Shown here in pieces: positions 11,601 to 24,778 of a DNA stretch of 64,000 nucleotides. Origin of the DNA: Vitrella brassicaformis CCMP3155 (Eukaryota; Protista; Chromerida); NCBI GenBank assembly GCA_001179505.1, contig CDMY01000385.1, positions 388,856-452,855 on the forward strand. Direction: 5' to 3'. Position numbers and translations under genes: made by a program. Under the pieces are notes generated by a model that saw nothing but the letters and a program-made list of their open reading frames with translations, was not told where the DNA came from and made no database searches. How positions within the stretch are numbered: the stretch's first letter is position 1; each line of letters begins with the position of its first letter.

Positions 11601-12612
11601 TGCCACAGGGCTTCCACTCGTCCGTATGGGCGTCGTAGCGCGAGACGAAAGCCTCTGGCGCCTGGACGTTGAAGGCAGAGACGCAGTAGAGGCAGCCGTG
11701 GAGGACGAAGCCATTGCCCTCCTCACGCACCCTCGGGGGCATTCCCTCAGACATCCTGCCTGGCAAAGGGCCTGCACACAAGACAACACATGCAGTGACT
11801 GACTCACAGACATCGACCCGCCAGATAGATCTTGCCTCACGTGATGGTGTCGGCTGTGGCGTGAATGAAGGAAGCAGCCGCACACGCGTCTTCTTGACCC
11901 TTTGCTCCGTCTCACGATCGGCCACCGAGAAGTGCTTCCTGTGCCACTCCGCGAAGAGGGATGACAGGCCCTTCGGCAGGTCACCCCAGCACCGCTCCGA
12001 CGGGGTGCCCAGGAAGAGGACACTTGTGCCGCTGTCCCAGAAGAAGTCGCGCAGGCTGCCCGCACACCACTGCTCCGCCGCGGTGAGCAGGAGGGAGGGG
12101 AGGAGGGCGGATGGGGGAGGGGCGGAGGGCTCGTCCATGAGTGGCTGCAGGCCGCACCCCTTGGCAGTGTTGACGAGCCACCTCTCGACACCGTCCCACA
12201 CGCCCTTGGCTGCCTCGCCATCAGCTCCCTGCAACGCAGATAGCACGCGGACCAGGAAGCCGAACCCCAGTGCCGATGACGCCTCGTGGACGACGGCACA
12301 CGTCACGCCGCCGACTTGGATGAAGGCATTCGAGCTGGATCCGTGCATTCGGCCCTCGTAAGCTGTGAGGATGTGGTCGAGAGGGGAGCCTCTGAAGAGC
12401 TGGAAGGTGGCTGCCGGAATGGCGACGTGGACGCCACGGGGAGAAGCAGATCCGTCGATAGGCGCCTCCTGCTCCATGAAGAAGACATTGACAGATCCGT
12501 CATCGCCGACGAAGGGTCCCTCGATGTCGCATGAGCTGGCTAAGTGGAACTCCTCTCGGAACGAGGGGTCGAGGGGTGAAGCAGATGACGACGCTGCTGC
12601 TGCCGCTGCCAT
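8686..12612 (-). CDS. Multi-exon hypothetical protein with N-terminal BTB/POZ-like region, a kelch-like repeat and an acidic C-terminal tail
   Basis: Exons join in frame across GT-AG introns (e.g. 11476-11557: HGR|AFFCN). TFQLFRGSPLDHILTAYEGR...WLVNTAKGCGLQPL resembles a KCTD-type BTB; GCLYCVS...VSRYDAHTDEWKPCGRL resembles a kelch repeat; ends EDELDEEDYDEDDLMDFYFGPR*. Domain calls are by eye and weak. Confidence 0.6.
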
Positions 12613-13042
12613 ACTGAAACTTCTTTAGCCTCTCTTTTTTGCGAGGTCGTGTTTGGCCAATTTGGCTGGGAGGTTGACATCAGTGCCGGGTGGTGAGTTA
12701 AGGAAGGAGAAAATGCGTTCCTCGCCACCTTTACCTGATGCATGTTTGCGCCGAATAGGTTTGCGCCATGCATACGTCGTCGAGGCATTCATTATTCAAC
12801 TGTGGTACACACACAGTCCGACCGGCTGTGTCTGAGTCTATTCACTGGTACATCGGTACAACAGAAAGACGTTCTCTACCACTGCCACACCACTGTAGCT
12901 TTCTTGATGGGCGAATTCTAGAGGTAGCTTTCTCGGCTTCACCTCCCTCTCTGACAGCCAGCCAGATAGCCTTGCTCTCAGGCACTTACTTAGGCAGGCA
13001 ACCACCCACCCACACCCACACCCACCATCACGAACATTCCCA

Positions 13043-16000
13043 TCACGCAGCGGTGTCAGCATGTCCACCACCGGAGGGAATCGTCAGCTCATCCGCATGC
13101 CCACGCTCATGCTCATGCACCGCCGCCCCATCACACAAACCCACACCACCTGTTTGCGCAAACAGATCCGTTGTTGGGGGGGCTGGCGGTGGGTGCGGGT
13201 GGCTGCCCTTGCCGGCCTTTCTCGTGCGCTCCCTAGCAGCTGCCTTGCCTTTGGCACGGCTGGTCTTGGGCCTCGCCGACGGCTGGCCCACAGCGATGCC
13301 TCCGACGGCTGGCGGCGCTGCCGACAGCGGGGGGAGGGGCTGCATGGGATTGAGGGGACATGAGAGCGGCGGGATGAGGGAGAAGGGGCTGGGCGAGTCG
13401 TCACCGACGAGGGCAGCAGATGATGTGGACACCGGCACCATCCCAGTGGGGCTTGTGTGGTATGGGGTTCCCCCTGACGCGTCGGATGAGATCGGGAGGA
13501 AGGGAGGGGGCAGCGGGTGCACCGGGGGATTGGGAAGAGCACCCGACGACTCGGGAGAGTCCGGTCCTTGTGGCTGCTTTCCATCCGCTGGCACGGTGGG
13601 GTCTATGCCCGCAGCTGCAGCCGTCTCCTGGTCTTGCTGACGCTCCTCTGATGCATTCGGCTTGTCCTTGTCGCCCGACCGCCTGGCTCGCTTGGACGCG
13701 GGACGTGGCTCATCGTCACTCGATCGCCCCCGCACCGCCCCTGCTGCGCGTGAGGACTCCGGCTCCTCCTCTGGCGGCCAAGTGGACGCCTCAGCGATCG
13801 TCCAGATGCCCAGCTCGTGGTAGGCGATGTTGCGATGCATGACAGCCTGCTCAAATTGGCCCCTCAGACAGCCGTAGGTCCAATGGTCGATTCCGAACTC
13901 CGCCCGCCTCACGCCCTTCTGGTGCTCGATGTCCACCCGCCACCCATACTGACAATGGGCGTCACAGCGGGAGACGAACCGGATGTGCAGGCGCAGGGGG
14001 GCCGGGGGGGTGTTGGCCACGACCAAACCAGCCGCTAACTGCACCAGCCGGCCCTCGGGCAGCGGCTGGTCGGTGGCCGTGGCAGAGGGACGGTCGGCTG
14101 GATGTTTGAGAAACTGGGGCTTGAGAAGGACCCGCGTGTCGATGGAATGCTGCTGCTGTGGGGAGCCAGGGGCGCGGGGTGGGCCAGACGCAACCACGGG
14201 CAGCCGTGGAAGGACTGAAAACAAACATGCAATGGCGCACATATGCATTGGCTGGGTTTCCATTCTGACCTGGCGGAGCGGGACGGCCAACTTGAAAAGG
14301 TGGCTTCGGAAGCGAGCCGTCATGGACCGGCCCACATGCACCAGCGCCGTCTGTGTCTGCAGTGCAGACGACACAAGGCAGTGTCGTCCCCATGCATTCG
14401 TGCCTCGATACCTCGGTCAGGCAAGGCACCGGCTTCGTGCTCGCGAGACGGCAATGGAGCAAAGGGATCCTGAAAGACGGAACAGAACACCCATAAATCA
14501 CTTTCTCCGCGTCTGTCTGCCTGCGTCATGTCACGCCCGCCCTTTTCCTTTCTTACCGGACTCGGTGGTGCATTGTCGACAGCTGTGGTGCCGTTCTCGC
14601 CGGGGGCCTGCCTGTCTCTCGCGTCGGCCTCCTTGCGTTTGATGGCCTCGAGGATCTGATTCATGGGCTTGCCGCGACCTGGTGTTGATCCGCCTCGCGC
14701 ACCCGGGCTGGTGCCCTGCTGACTCAGCTGGTCCATCGCACCAACGGCCTCTGCGACCGATGCTGGCGACGGGTCGGCTGCCGCAGACATGGCATCGCCC
14801 GCCTGATCTGCTGCCTCTGGAGCCGCTGAAGGCACCACTCGCTGCTTCTTTCCGCTCTGGCCTCTGCTCGACCGCGCCTTGGAAGCCTTCCGCTTCTTCT
14901 GCTGTTTCTCTGTCGGCGAGCTGTCGGATCCCACCCCCAGCAAGCCGGCCGCCTCCTCCCTTGCCTGCGGTCCCACCTGGCTGGGGTCGACATCTGAGGC
15001 CTGGAAGGTGATGAAGCGGCCCTTGCTGTCACGCAGCGGCCGCCTGGACGGCGAGCGGGGAGGCGGGTCCCCATCACCACCACCCCTCTTGCGGCTTCTG
15101 GCCCTGGAATCGGACCTGCCGCAACTCGGGCTGGTCTCCCTCTTCCTGCTCGGTCGGTGGTCCTGTTGCTGCTCCTCCTTGACAGCTGGTATCTGCTCCT
15201 TCTGCTCAGGGGGTGCTCCCATCACGCTGCCGAAAGGATTGTTCATGGGGCGAGAGATGAAGGGAAACCTGAAGGGGTTGAAGGGTGGCATGCCGCGGAG
15301 CCACAGTGGTGGGAAGAGAGGGGGCAGCGGGGGATAGCGTATCAGGGGGGAAGTCGATGGCCTCGGCGGAGGAGGTGCTTTCAGAAGGGGCGAGGGGCGC
15401 CTCGGTGCAAGGGGCGGGCGCTGCAGCTTCAGGTTGGGGTTTGGGGGTGATTTGGGGGCAGCAGGGGGCGGGACCGGCGGCGGGGCTGAGGCCTGCTCTT
15501 CTTTGCGCCTCCTGCCGCGCGTCTCGATGGGCTCCATGGGCGGCACGATGTAGAGCTTCTTGGGTCGCCGGACGGATGAGGTGGCCTTGGAGGGCGCCAG
15601 GGCTGCGGGTGCTGGTGCAGTGGAAGCCACCTCAGCTGGCTCAGCAGTGCCAATCTCAACAGAGGGCTGGTCACGATCTTGCTCGTCCTCCCGGAATGGC
15701 TCCTGCAGGGCAGGGCAGGGCACGCACACACTGACTGCTGTGTCTGTCGCCTGTGCGCTCGTCTGTGCGGTGCGTGCATCGACCCACCCACCCTCCCTCC
15801 CACCTGTGTGCTGATGATGGTCTTGCCTTTCTCTACAGGCGTCTGATCGGGGTCCTTGCTCGAGGGGGTCTGCTCGTCATCTGCTGGCCGGCCTGATGCC
15901 GCATCGCTCGACGGACGCGCCACGTCGGCCCTGCCGTCCGGCTGGCTCGGTGAGGTCTTGGCCTTCACGGGGATGAAAAGGCCGGGGAAGTGTCTCTGGA

Positions 16001-18755
16001 GGGTGGAGTTGAGGAGTGCCTGCTCGGGCGGCATCTGGCGGCTGTCCGTGACGGCCTCGAAGGGCATGTCCTGGTGTCGCTTGCCCCGCTCCCTCCTTGG
16101 CTGAGGGCTCTCGTCCTGCCCCGTCCGCTGCAGCTGCACCCTCTCACCCCTCTCGCGCCTGGAGCCGCTCATGTGTTTGAGGAACTCCAGCTCCATGTCT
16201 TTCACGCCACCCCCGCCCGCAGCCTTCTTGCCATCGGTCGCCTTGGCAGCCATGCCGGTCTTGTTGCCACTGGCCGCCCCTCTTGTCCTGGCCCCCATGC
16301 CCACTCCCAATCCGCTGAACGGTGATGCGCCGTGATCCTCGCAACGCCACTCGTCATCGGCTTCCTCTCTGCCGTACGGCCGTCGTGCCAGCGGGCTGTC
16401 GAGCTCCGATGCATCCTGCTGCACCGTCCCTGGGTCGTCTGACTCGTTGTCCTCGTCTGACGGCAGCTTGTCTGGGGAGGGGTCGGGCTTGGCCTTGTCA
16501 GTGGGGGCTTGGCGATCCCGTCTCGCCGCAGTGGGGCCGATGCCGAGCTCCATCTCCTTCTTGCGTCTGGCCTTCATGGCCCGCTGGACACGGCGGTCGC
16601 GCAGGCGCTGGTCCTCCGCCTCGGCGTGGAAGCCGAAGTCAAGAATCAAACCCAACTCGACAGGCAGGCCGCGGGATCGCCATTCCTCGGCAATGGCCTG
16701 CCTGCGGTCACGCTCCTTCTTCTGCGCGCGGCGCTCACGCTCAGTCATGCCGGCAGCTCCCCCCTTGCCGCCCTTCTTCTTGGCCGCTGCTGCCTTCTTC
16801 TTGGATCGGCCCGCATCGGGTGAGCCGCCCATCAGACGCTCCGACATGGCACGTGCGAACAGCTTGGCCTCCAGCTCGACCGGGCTCCTCTGGGCGTACT
16901 CGTCACGCAGTCGCACCAGTTGCCGTGCTGCCTTCTCCTGCCGACGGCCATCATCTGGGGTCGGCTGCTGTTGCCTCTCGTGCTCGGGCGTCTTGACGCC
17001 GAACGAGGGGCCGAATATGCCCTCAGCGACCTGCTGGGTGGCGGGATCGAAAAACCCTGGTGCACAGGGGTTCAACACAGGTGCCGACAGAGACACAGGA
17101 GGGGGCCGCGAACCCGGCATGAGGGCGAAGAAGGTTTGCGGGGGCTGGTCAGCACCCTGTGTGGGCAGGCCATCAGCGGTGGGGGGCACGTCTGCCGAGG
17201 GGATGGGTGAGAAAGGGGGAGCGGGGATGAATGACGGAGGGGCAGAGCGGTCGGCAAGAGGGCTGAAGTCATCCTTGCTGGACTCGTCGCCCAGCCATGA
17301 GCGCGTGCTCTGGTCGGTGAGCTTGCTGATGGACTTGAGGGGGAAGCAGTCGTCCTGAGACTCCTTCCTCACAGGCTCACACGCATCTCTCAAACTGACG
17401 AGAAAAACCGACACAATGCGTTGAGATGTGTTCGACACTCCCATCTATGTGTTGCTCACGTAAGCAATGCCATGGCGGCCTCGTCAACGGTGGTCCTCTC
17501 CCCCAACTCATGCTCCTCCTCATCTTGCCCCACACAGAGCGACGCAGGTGCACCAAACGCCCGCAGCCACGCCTTGCGGTGCCTGAAGTGTCGGATGGGC
17601 CTGTGGTAGAGCAGGATGGGGGGAATGGCATCGGTGCGACGACTGGTCTCCCGGGGCGGTGGCGATGGCTCTGACGGGCGAGTTGAGCTGGCCCCCTTCC
17701 TCGACGTCAGCCGGGGGCCGGTGCGCTTCCTGATCGGTGCACAAACAGGAAAGGAAACCATCCAGTGCTCGTTTCTAGCTGTGTCTGCGTGTCGTGTCGT
17801 CGCACCTCAGGCACATGCCGGCATCTTGCAGTCCCTCCCAGACCGCCGGCATCGCGCCAGGGAGGTACTTGCCGCCGCCCGCCGCCCTATAGTACTCCTT
17901 GAGCTGCTTGTGGTCCGTGGCTGTGGGGTGCGGCTCGCGAATAATGCGCTTCCCGAACTCGGGATCGTCCAGATTATGGGATGTTAGCCGCCCCCGCCGA
18001 CCCGCCCAGCCATGAGTCATGCCCGGCCGCTTCCCTCCTGCGTCGTCCTCTGGCTCGGGCCGCGATGAGGGCGTCGTCTGACCTGAGAACCCCCATGGCT
18101 GATCCGATAGCTGTGGTCCGTCTGCTGAGGGGGTCTCTTGGCCTTCTGGGGTCCCCTCTGGCCGTGGCCTGGGTCTCAGGACTGGCCGAGATGTGTTGGA
18201 GGGCGCCACGGACGCCGGTCTCTGCGGGGGTGAGAAGACTGGCACTCCGAAGGCGATCGAAGAAGATGGCGGGGCGTTGCGCCACCTGTCCATCCAGACC
18301 TCGATGGGCGATGCCGCCGCCACGGTCGAGCTAGGGTGCTGCTGGAGGATCATGGCAGCCGCCGACATCTGAGGAGCAGCCGCCGACCCCTGCTGGGGGT
18401 GAATCCCATCGACAGACGCCTCCTTCTCTCCTCCCCGCGACCCTCCCGCGCCATCGCCATGAACATGCCGTTCCTCCTTGTCGCCAGCGACGCTCCCCTC
18501 CGCTGGTGACTGCCCCCTGTAAGCGGCCGTTGCATGCTTGCGCTCCATGGGTGTGTTTTTGCCGCTGGATGACGGGCTGGGCATCTGTGCCTTGACGGAT
18601 GACGGCTGCCGGCTGATGATCCCTGGCTGGGACGAGTAGGCAGGGCCGCCAGAGGGGCGACGGCTGGGACGGAGAGGTGCCTGGGAGGCTGGGTTAGGGG
18701 CGGCAGCAGCAGGTTCTGCAGGAACAATATCTTGCTCCACGGCCTGCTGTGACAT
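13043..18755 (-). CDS. Large low-complexity (Pro/Ala/Arg-rich) multi-exon protein, possible AP2-like domain in last exon
   Basis: Consecutive minus-strand ORFs (17775-18761, 17456-17761, 15429-17444, 14320-15729, 13962-14501, 13043-14374) are linked by plausible GT-AG introns; basic NLS-like stretches (RKRGGG, KKRKASK). Confidence 0.65.
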
Positions 18756-19502
18756 GCTCAACTGTACCTAAGGGCAGAAATCGACAGCATGCACAGGCAG
18801 AAAAGCATATAGCGACGCGCCACGGAGATCTCCGTGTCACATGCAGCATCTAGTCAGTCTCAAAGCATGACAGGCAGATCCACAGCCTCTCTGAGCCCCT
18901 GACCAGCCCCATGGAGGCCCAGAAGGCCCGTCACGCCAGATCTTTGACTCACCGATCGAAACGCAGCCTCAGCGGGAGAAACGCCTCATACTGTCCCCTT
19001 GGTAAAGCCTCGATCCACCACAGTCCTCCAACGACCGTGAATTCCCTTCGAAACTCGGGAAAACGGCAACTTGACGCCGCCGGATGAGCTCGCGGGATGG
19101 CGCCTTTCTTTCTCTTCAAACCGGACAAGAGACCGTCGCTTCCTGCGGCAGATGCTCAGATAGAGAGCCTTCTTTGCACCGGAAGAACCAGGGCGACAGC
19201 ATCTCGCAGGAGAGGCCGGGGGTCCGGTGGAAAAGGAAGCCGGCTCGAGACGAGCTGCTTACGAGTCTTGAGGCACCGGCATCTATGGGATGGAACGCCC
19301 CTGCCTGCCTTGGAGAAAGAAGGGCAGAGGACAAGGCCCGAGGGCTGCCCGTCTCCTTCGTTTCACGGAGGAGGGAGCAGCTGACCCCTTCCTCCCGGGC
19401 TCACGCTCACCAGTCCTGCGCTTACCCTCGATTGAACCGGTCCCTTTATTCATTTCAGCCGACGAACGCTTCATCGCATCCTCCACGCGCCACAAGCAGC
19501 CC

Positions 19503-20972
19503 ATGGTGCCCTCCACCCTCCTCCTTCTCCTGTGCTGCACCGTGGGTGCATTCAACCCACCATCTCTGCGGCCGACGCAGAGATCTGCCACTCGACGCAA
19601 CAAAGACATGGTGACGCGCAAGAGCTCATTGACGCGCATCCGAGACGGCTTCAGGAGCCTTCGGGAAGAGCTGGCGAGGCGGGAGGAGATGGATCAGGCA
19701 TTTGACCTCAAGAGAGGCATAATGCAGATCGGGGCGGCATGGTGCGAACGGCGCGGGGGGGAGAGATGGATCAATACGCGAGCATTCGTATGTGTATGTG
19801 TTCAGTGACCGTGGTCAGCAGGCAACGACAGCTCAGCGTCAAGATGTGATGGCCATGATTGAACGGCTGGAGCGCCTGAGCCCCACCCAAGAGCCATCGA
19901 GACTGGTACGACACAAACAACCACCATCAACTCAAGGACAAGGGGAAACGGGGTTGTTTTCTCCTTGTCGACTGTCTTCGTTCAGCTTGAAGGCACGTGG
20001 CGCCTGGTGTATTCTGGCGAGAATCCAACGCGCTCATCGCCCTTCTGGTGGGCCACACGACAGCTATTCGGTACGCCCGCCGCCTGAATGCCAAAAGGAT
20101 CACTCGTTTGTCCAGATCATGCTGTCTGCCTGTAACGTGCTTCATCCAATCAGGCGGCGTCGCAGCAGACCTTCTGCGGCTGCGTGATCTTGTGGAGTCG
20201 GCCTATCGGTGGAGCGACATGATCCCAGTGACACGGACGGGCGAGGCCGTCCAGATGATCTCTGGTGAGTGAGTGAGTGAGTGAGTGGGTGAGTGGGTGA
20301 GCGGGTGTGCCGTCTGACACACCACACCTTTGTCAGGTTTGAGCGATGGCGAGGGAGTTGGTTCGCTGGTCAACAGGATGCGCATATCGGTCTCGGGTGC
20401 TGGGTCTGGCATCTTCGAAACGACCGCAACGGTGGGGGAGATGACGACTCTGTGACATCTGAATCAAGGGCCCACGTGATGGTTTGCACCTCCTCTCCTT
20501 GCTGTTCAGGTGCAGCAGAGCAGGAAGCACCCCGAGGTGCTTCGGTTGGACGTCGAGACCGAGAAGGTAACGGCAACGACCAACCAACACCTGTCGTGTT
20601 TGTTGTGTGTATACGTGGGTGCGCATTGGTATTCACCAATCAGATCACTGATTCTTGGGTGCCGTATCTCTCCAATGTGGTGTTTCCCACCCAGCGCGTC
20701 TACGAACGCTTCCGTCGAGGCGCAGCAGAGGTGGGTGAAAGACCCATCTTGCCGTTGCGTACACGGGCGCGTCTTTCTTCCATCAGCTGCGCATGACAAC
20801 AACCTACATCGATGACGATATCCGGATCAGTCGCTACTTGTCCGACGAAGCTTCGCGCGAGGTACGCAACTGGCACAGACCGCCTTGGCTCGGCATCACG
20901 GCGATGGGTCTTCCTCTACCTCTGTGTGTGTGTGTGCAGAAGGACTTCGTGTACGTGTATTCGCGAGTGTAG
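19503..20972 (+). CDS. PAP/fibrillin family plastid lipid-associated protein with bipartite plastid-targeting leader
   Basis: MVPSTLLLLLCCTVGA|FNPP signal peptide with Phe at +1. Spliced exons give DRGQQATTAQRQDVMAMIERLERLSPTQEPS, LEGTWRLVYSG and LRMTTTYIDDDIRISR, the hallmark fibrillin motifs. Last exon KDFVYVYSRV*. Confidence 0.88.
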
Positions 20973-21627
20973 TCTGGCTCATTTCCGACTGGGATGATGG
21001 TGAAGGGATGATGTGGCACAGGGGGGGCTGTCGATAGCGCATGAATGCATCGCTGGACCGGCGATAGGCGTGTAGAGCGTTTGTTGTAACTAGGCTAGGC
21101 AGCTGTACATAGTTGAGTCAAGCTGTGGAGTACGGTTGAGCTGTAGATACCTGCACACAGATCAGCGGCAGAGCTACATACCGAGTCTGTCAAATGAAGT
21201 CAGCGCGAATGACGACTGGATCTCTCAATTCGTCATTGCAAATCAGCGCTGCTCTGCCGCCACTGCACAGTTTCGTTGTGTGATGTCATTTGGCCCCATC
21301 AGCCCTGACCAATTATAAGCTCGCACCAGTGGCCTCGACCGAAAACGTTTGCGATGAAGAGGAGGCATTAGCTGATCGTGAAGGTGCATACACAGCAAGG
21401 ATAAGTGGAGCATTCGTGGACCATCAGCCAAAGACGAAAACAACGTTTCTCTGCTACTGATCCCGATGCGCTTCTGACTTTTTGAGGGCGGTGAGGGACT
21501 AGAGTGAGGACACAACGTCACTGCGACATCGGCTCGTCATTCCCTCACCCCTGCATTCATCCCGCTCACCCCCAAAACGCCCACTCTGATCCCCCTCCCC
21601 TCTCCATCGAGCGAAGAGCCCTCTGCA

Positions 21628-24600
21628 ATGGCCGATACGCCGCCCACGGCACCCCGCCGCCTCCCCACTGCACCAGGGCGTCCATCAGCGTGTGCTCCCT
21701 CGCAGCCTTCGGCGAGAGTTTGGGGGCTCGGTTGGCGTTTGGCTTTGGTGACGGTGCTGGCTTGGCTGGGCACGGTGGTTGGTGACTTGCCTGTTCATTG
21801 TGAGCGTGATGACATCATTGGCGAGTGGGTGTTTGAGCTGACGCGTGAGTACGACCACAGGACCAGCTGTGGCCACTCACACCCTGACGACGAGCGATGC
21901 CAGCCTCTGCACAGTGAGTGGGTGGGTGGATGGACGGATGGGAGAGATGCCCCCCTCATTCATCCTTCACCTCTCTGTGTGTGTCAGGTTCCTTCAATGG
22001 CACTAGGACAATTGGGTTGAAGCTGACGGAGCCGAACAAGTGCGAGATGGACGACGGCAGCCGCTGCTCCTGGACCATGGTCTACGACGAGGCCTGGGAC
22101 GTCAATGCAGAGGACCTTACCTTCCTGGCCTTCTCTCACTTTCGCCTTGTGCAGCCCAGCCTCCCTGGGGTGAGTGAGTGTGACCACACCACACCACAGA
22201 CACTGCACACGTGCGTCCATGCATCATATCTCGCTGCGTTTGTCCTTGTGCTGTGCGGCACACACACCTGCCGTCTCGTCTGTCTGCTAGCAAAACACGC
22301 CCAAGGATTCTATCTGCACCGAGACGGAGGTGGGATGGTTCCACAACTGGGCCACCGACAAGTGGGGCTGCTACAAGGGGCGCATGACCAAGCGATACCA
22401 ACCAGAGGACAAGAAGTCCCCCTCATCATTGGACAAACGGCGGACAGACATCGTCATGTCAAGGTCCTCTGTGCAGCACTCCCGGTCCGGCATCAGTGCC
22501 GCACTCGGCAGAGTTGCTCGTGGTGCCAGGGACGCCATTCGGCGCCAGTTCATGCCGCTGGCATTCCCCTCGCTGTCGTGGCGGCGGAAAGGTGCCCGGC
22601 GGCCGAGCGGGACCCTGGAGCCGGGTGTGGGTGGTGGGGAGCCGGGAAGGCTTAAGTTGGAGACGCGAGAGGGCTATGGGCGGGGGGGCGGGGAGAGCCC
22701 GCTGTCGATGCTGTTCGTGCAGGCCATTATCGACAAAGAGAAGCCGCTCTCGCTCGCACAGCACCAGGTGGGGAATGAATGCAATGCACCCATGGCCACG
22801 ATGGATGGATGCATCAGCGGAGAACGCCTTAAGCGTACCGTATCCTGTTGTGTGTGTAGACGCTGGTGGACCACCTGAATCGGGTGATAAGTCACAACAA
22901 GGGCAGCTGGAAGGCCGCCGTCTACCCGCAGTTCGCCGGCAAGTCCTTCGAGCAGCTCAACCGAATGGCCGGTCTCCCGAGGGACGCACAGCAGCGCCAC
23001 TTCCCCCCGCCCCACATGGCTGTGCCCGCCCATCCACACACCATCAGCCCGGAGGACTTCATCCAGACAGCCGCGTCTGTGACGCTCGCCTCCAAACACT
23101 ATGCCAACCGCACTGCGTCGCAGCACCGGCATAGCGACGAGGCGCCCATTTCCGAGCCGTCTGCTCACTTGTACAGGGGATCTGATGTGGACACGGCAGA
23201 GTTTATGGACAACTTCTCATGGGGCAGCCAGATGGGCGGGGCCAACTTCATGCGACCGGCAGTGGACCAGGGCGACTGCGGATCCTGCTACCTCGTGTCG
23301 ACCATTAACATGCTCAATGCACGGTGCGTCACACGAACGGCGAAGGGCAGGTGTTTGTGTGTATGTGTCCATGTGTTTGTGGACGGCCATGTGTGTGTGT
23401 GTAGGTGGAAGATCAAGCATCCGGACGACCGTGACTTTGACGGTTTCAGCGAGGCGTTTGGACTGTCGTGCAGCGAATACAACCAGGGGTGCAAAGGCGG
23501 ATACCCATTCATGGTACGGTCAGGTCAGGAGGGAGGGAGGGAGAACGAGAGACCACCTGCGAAAATGTTACTAGACTATGTGTGCAGGTGGTCAAGTGGA
23601 TGAGTGAGGTGGGTCTGCTGCCCCGCCGATGCGGCGGATACACTGCACAAGACAACTCATGCCACAAGGTCAGACAGACAGACAGACAGACAGGGAGACA
23701 GGGAATGAGGGAGGGATGGAGGGAGCCGACCATCACGTGGATGATGGTCCTGTGGTCTCCTCTCCAGGGCCACGTAGCTAAGTCGTTCCGTCAGTGCCTG
23801 GACAATCCCCGGGTACCCAAGTACCGCGTCGCGCGATACGGCTATGTGGGGGGCTACTACGGCGGATGCACTGAGGAGCTCATGATGCAGGAGCTATACA
23901 AGTAACCACACCTACACCCACACTCACACGTGTGCAAATGTGCTCCCCTCCCACATGTACTCGTGTGCGTCGGTCAGGAATGGTCCCATAACGGTATCGA
24001 TAGAGCCGACGCCCGACTTCATGTACTACCATGAGGGCGTCTTTAGCGAGGGGGGCGAGGTCCAACACACAGACTGGATCAAGGTACGGACGTACGGTTT
24101 GTGGGTTGTGGACACCATCCATCCATCCATTTATCCCCTAATCTATCACACGTACACCATAACTAAGCGTGGTTATGTGTGTGTTGTCCTTCCTCTGTCT
24201 GTCAGGTAGACCATGCCGTGCTGCTGGTCGGCTGGGGGCTGGAGAAGGGAGCCAACCCCCTGGTATGGCCAGTCAGTCAGCGACCGGGCCATCGCCGCCC
24301 GCCACACGCTCATCCATCTCATTCATCCATGTGTGTTGTGTGTCTGTATTAAATGTGCAGAGGTACTGGTTGGTTCAGAACAGCTGGGGCACCAACTGGG
24401 GCCTCAACGGCTACTTCAAGATAGAGAGGGGCCGCAACATCATCGGCATCGAAAGCGACGGCGTGTTCGCTGACGTCGACAAGATCCAGCACTCGCCCGC
24501 CACACTCAGCAGCTTCTATCACGTCAGACGCACCACTCCCTGCCTGCCCGACACGACAGCCCATACATGTCTCTGTCTGTCTGTCTGTGTGTCTGTCTGT

Positions 24601-24778
24601 CTGTGTCCAGCTGTTGAGTCCACCGAAGAAGGACGACATTGCGTGGCAGTATCACGACACGTGTGAGAGAAGTGAGGGCGGCGACGGGGAGGAGGCCTCT
24701 AACCTAGAGCTAGCAAGAAGGCGGGAGCAGCAAACGCATCCCATCAACGTCGACAGCGCCAGGAACATGCGCAGATAG
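21628..24778 (+). CDS. CTSC: Cathepsin C / dipeptidyl aminopeptidase (papain family C1A), multi-exon
   Basis: Hydrophobic leader then DLPVHC (exclusion domain start) and [11 protein letters not shown]; catalytic motifs [28 protein letters not shown]; GCKGGYPF. Confidence 0.95.

Noticed and set aside
11416-12612. Kelch13 orthology for the BTB/kelch-like protein
   Set aside because: Only one weak kelch-like repeat is visible and there is no six-bladed propeller pattern.
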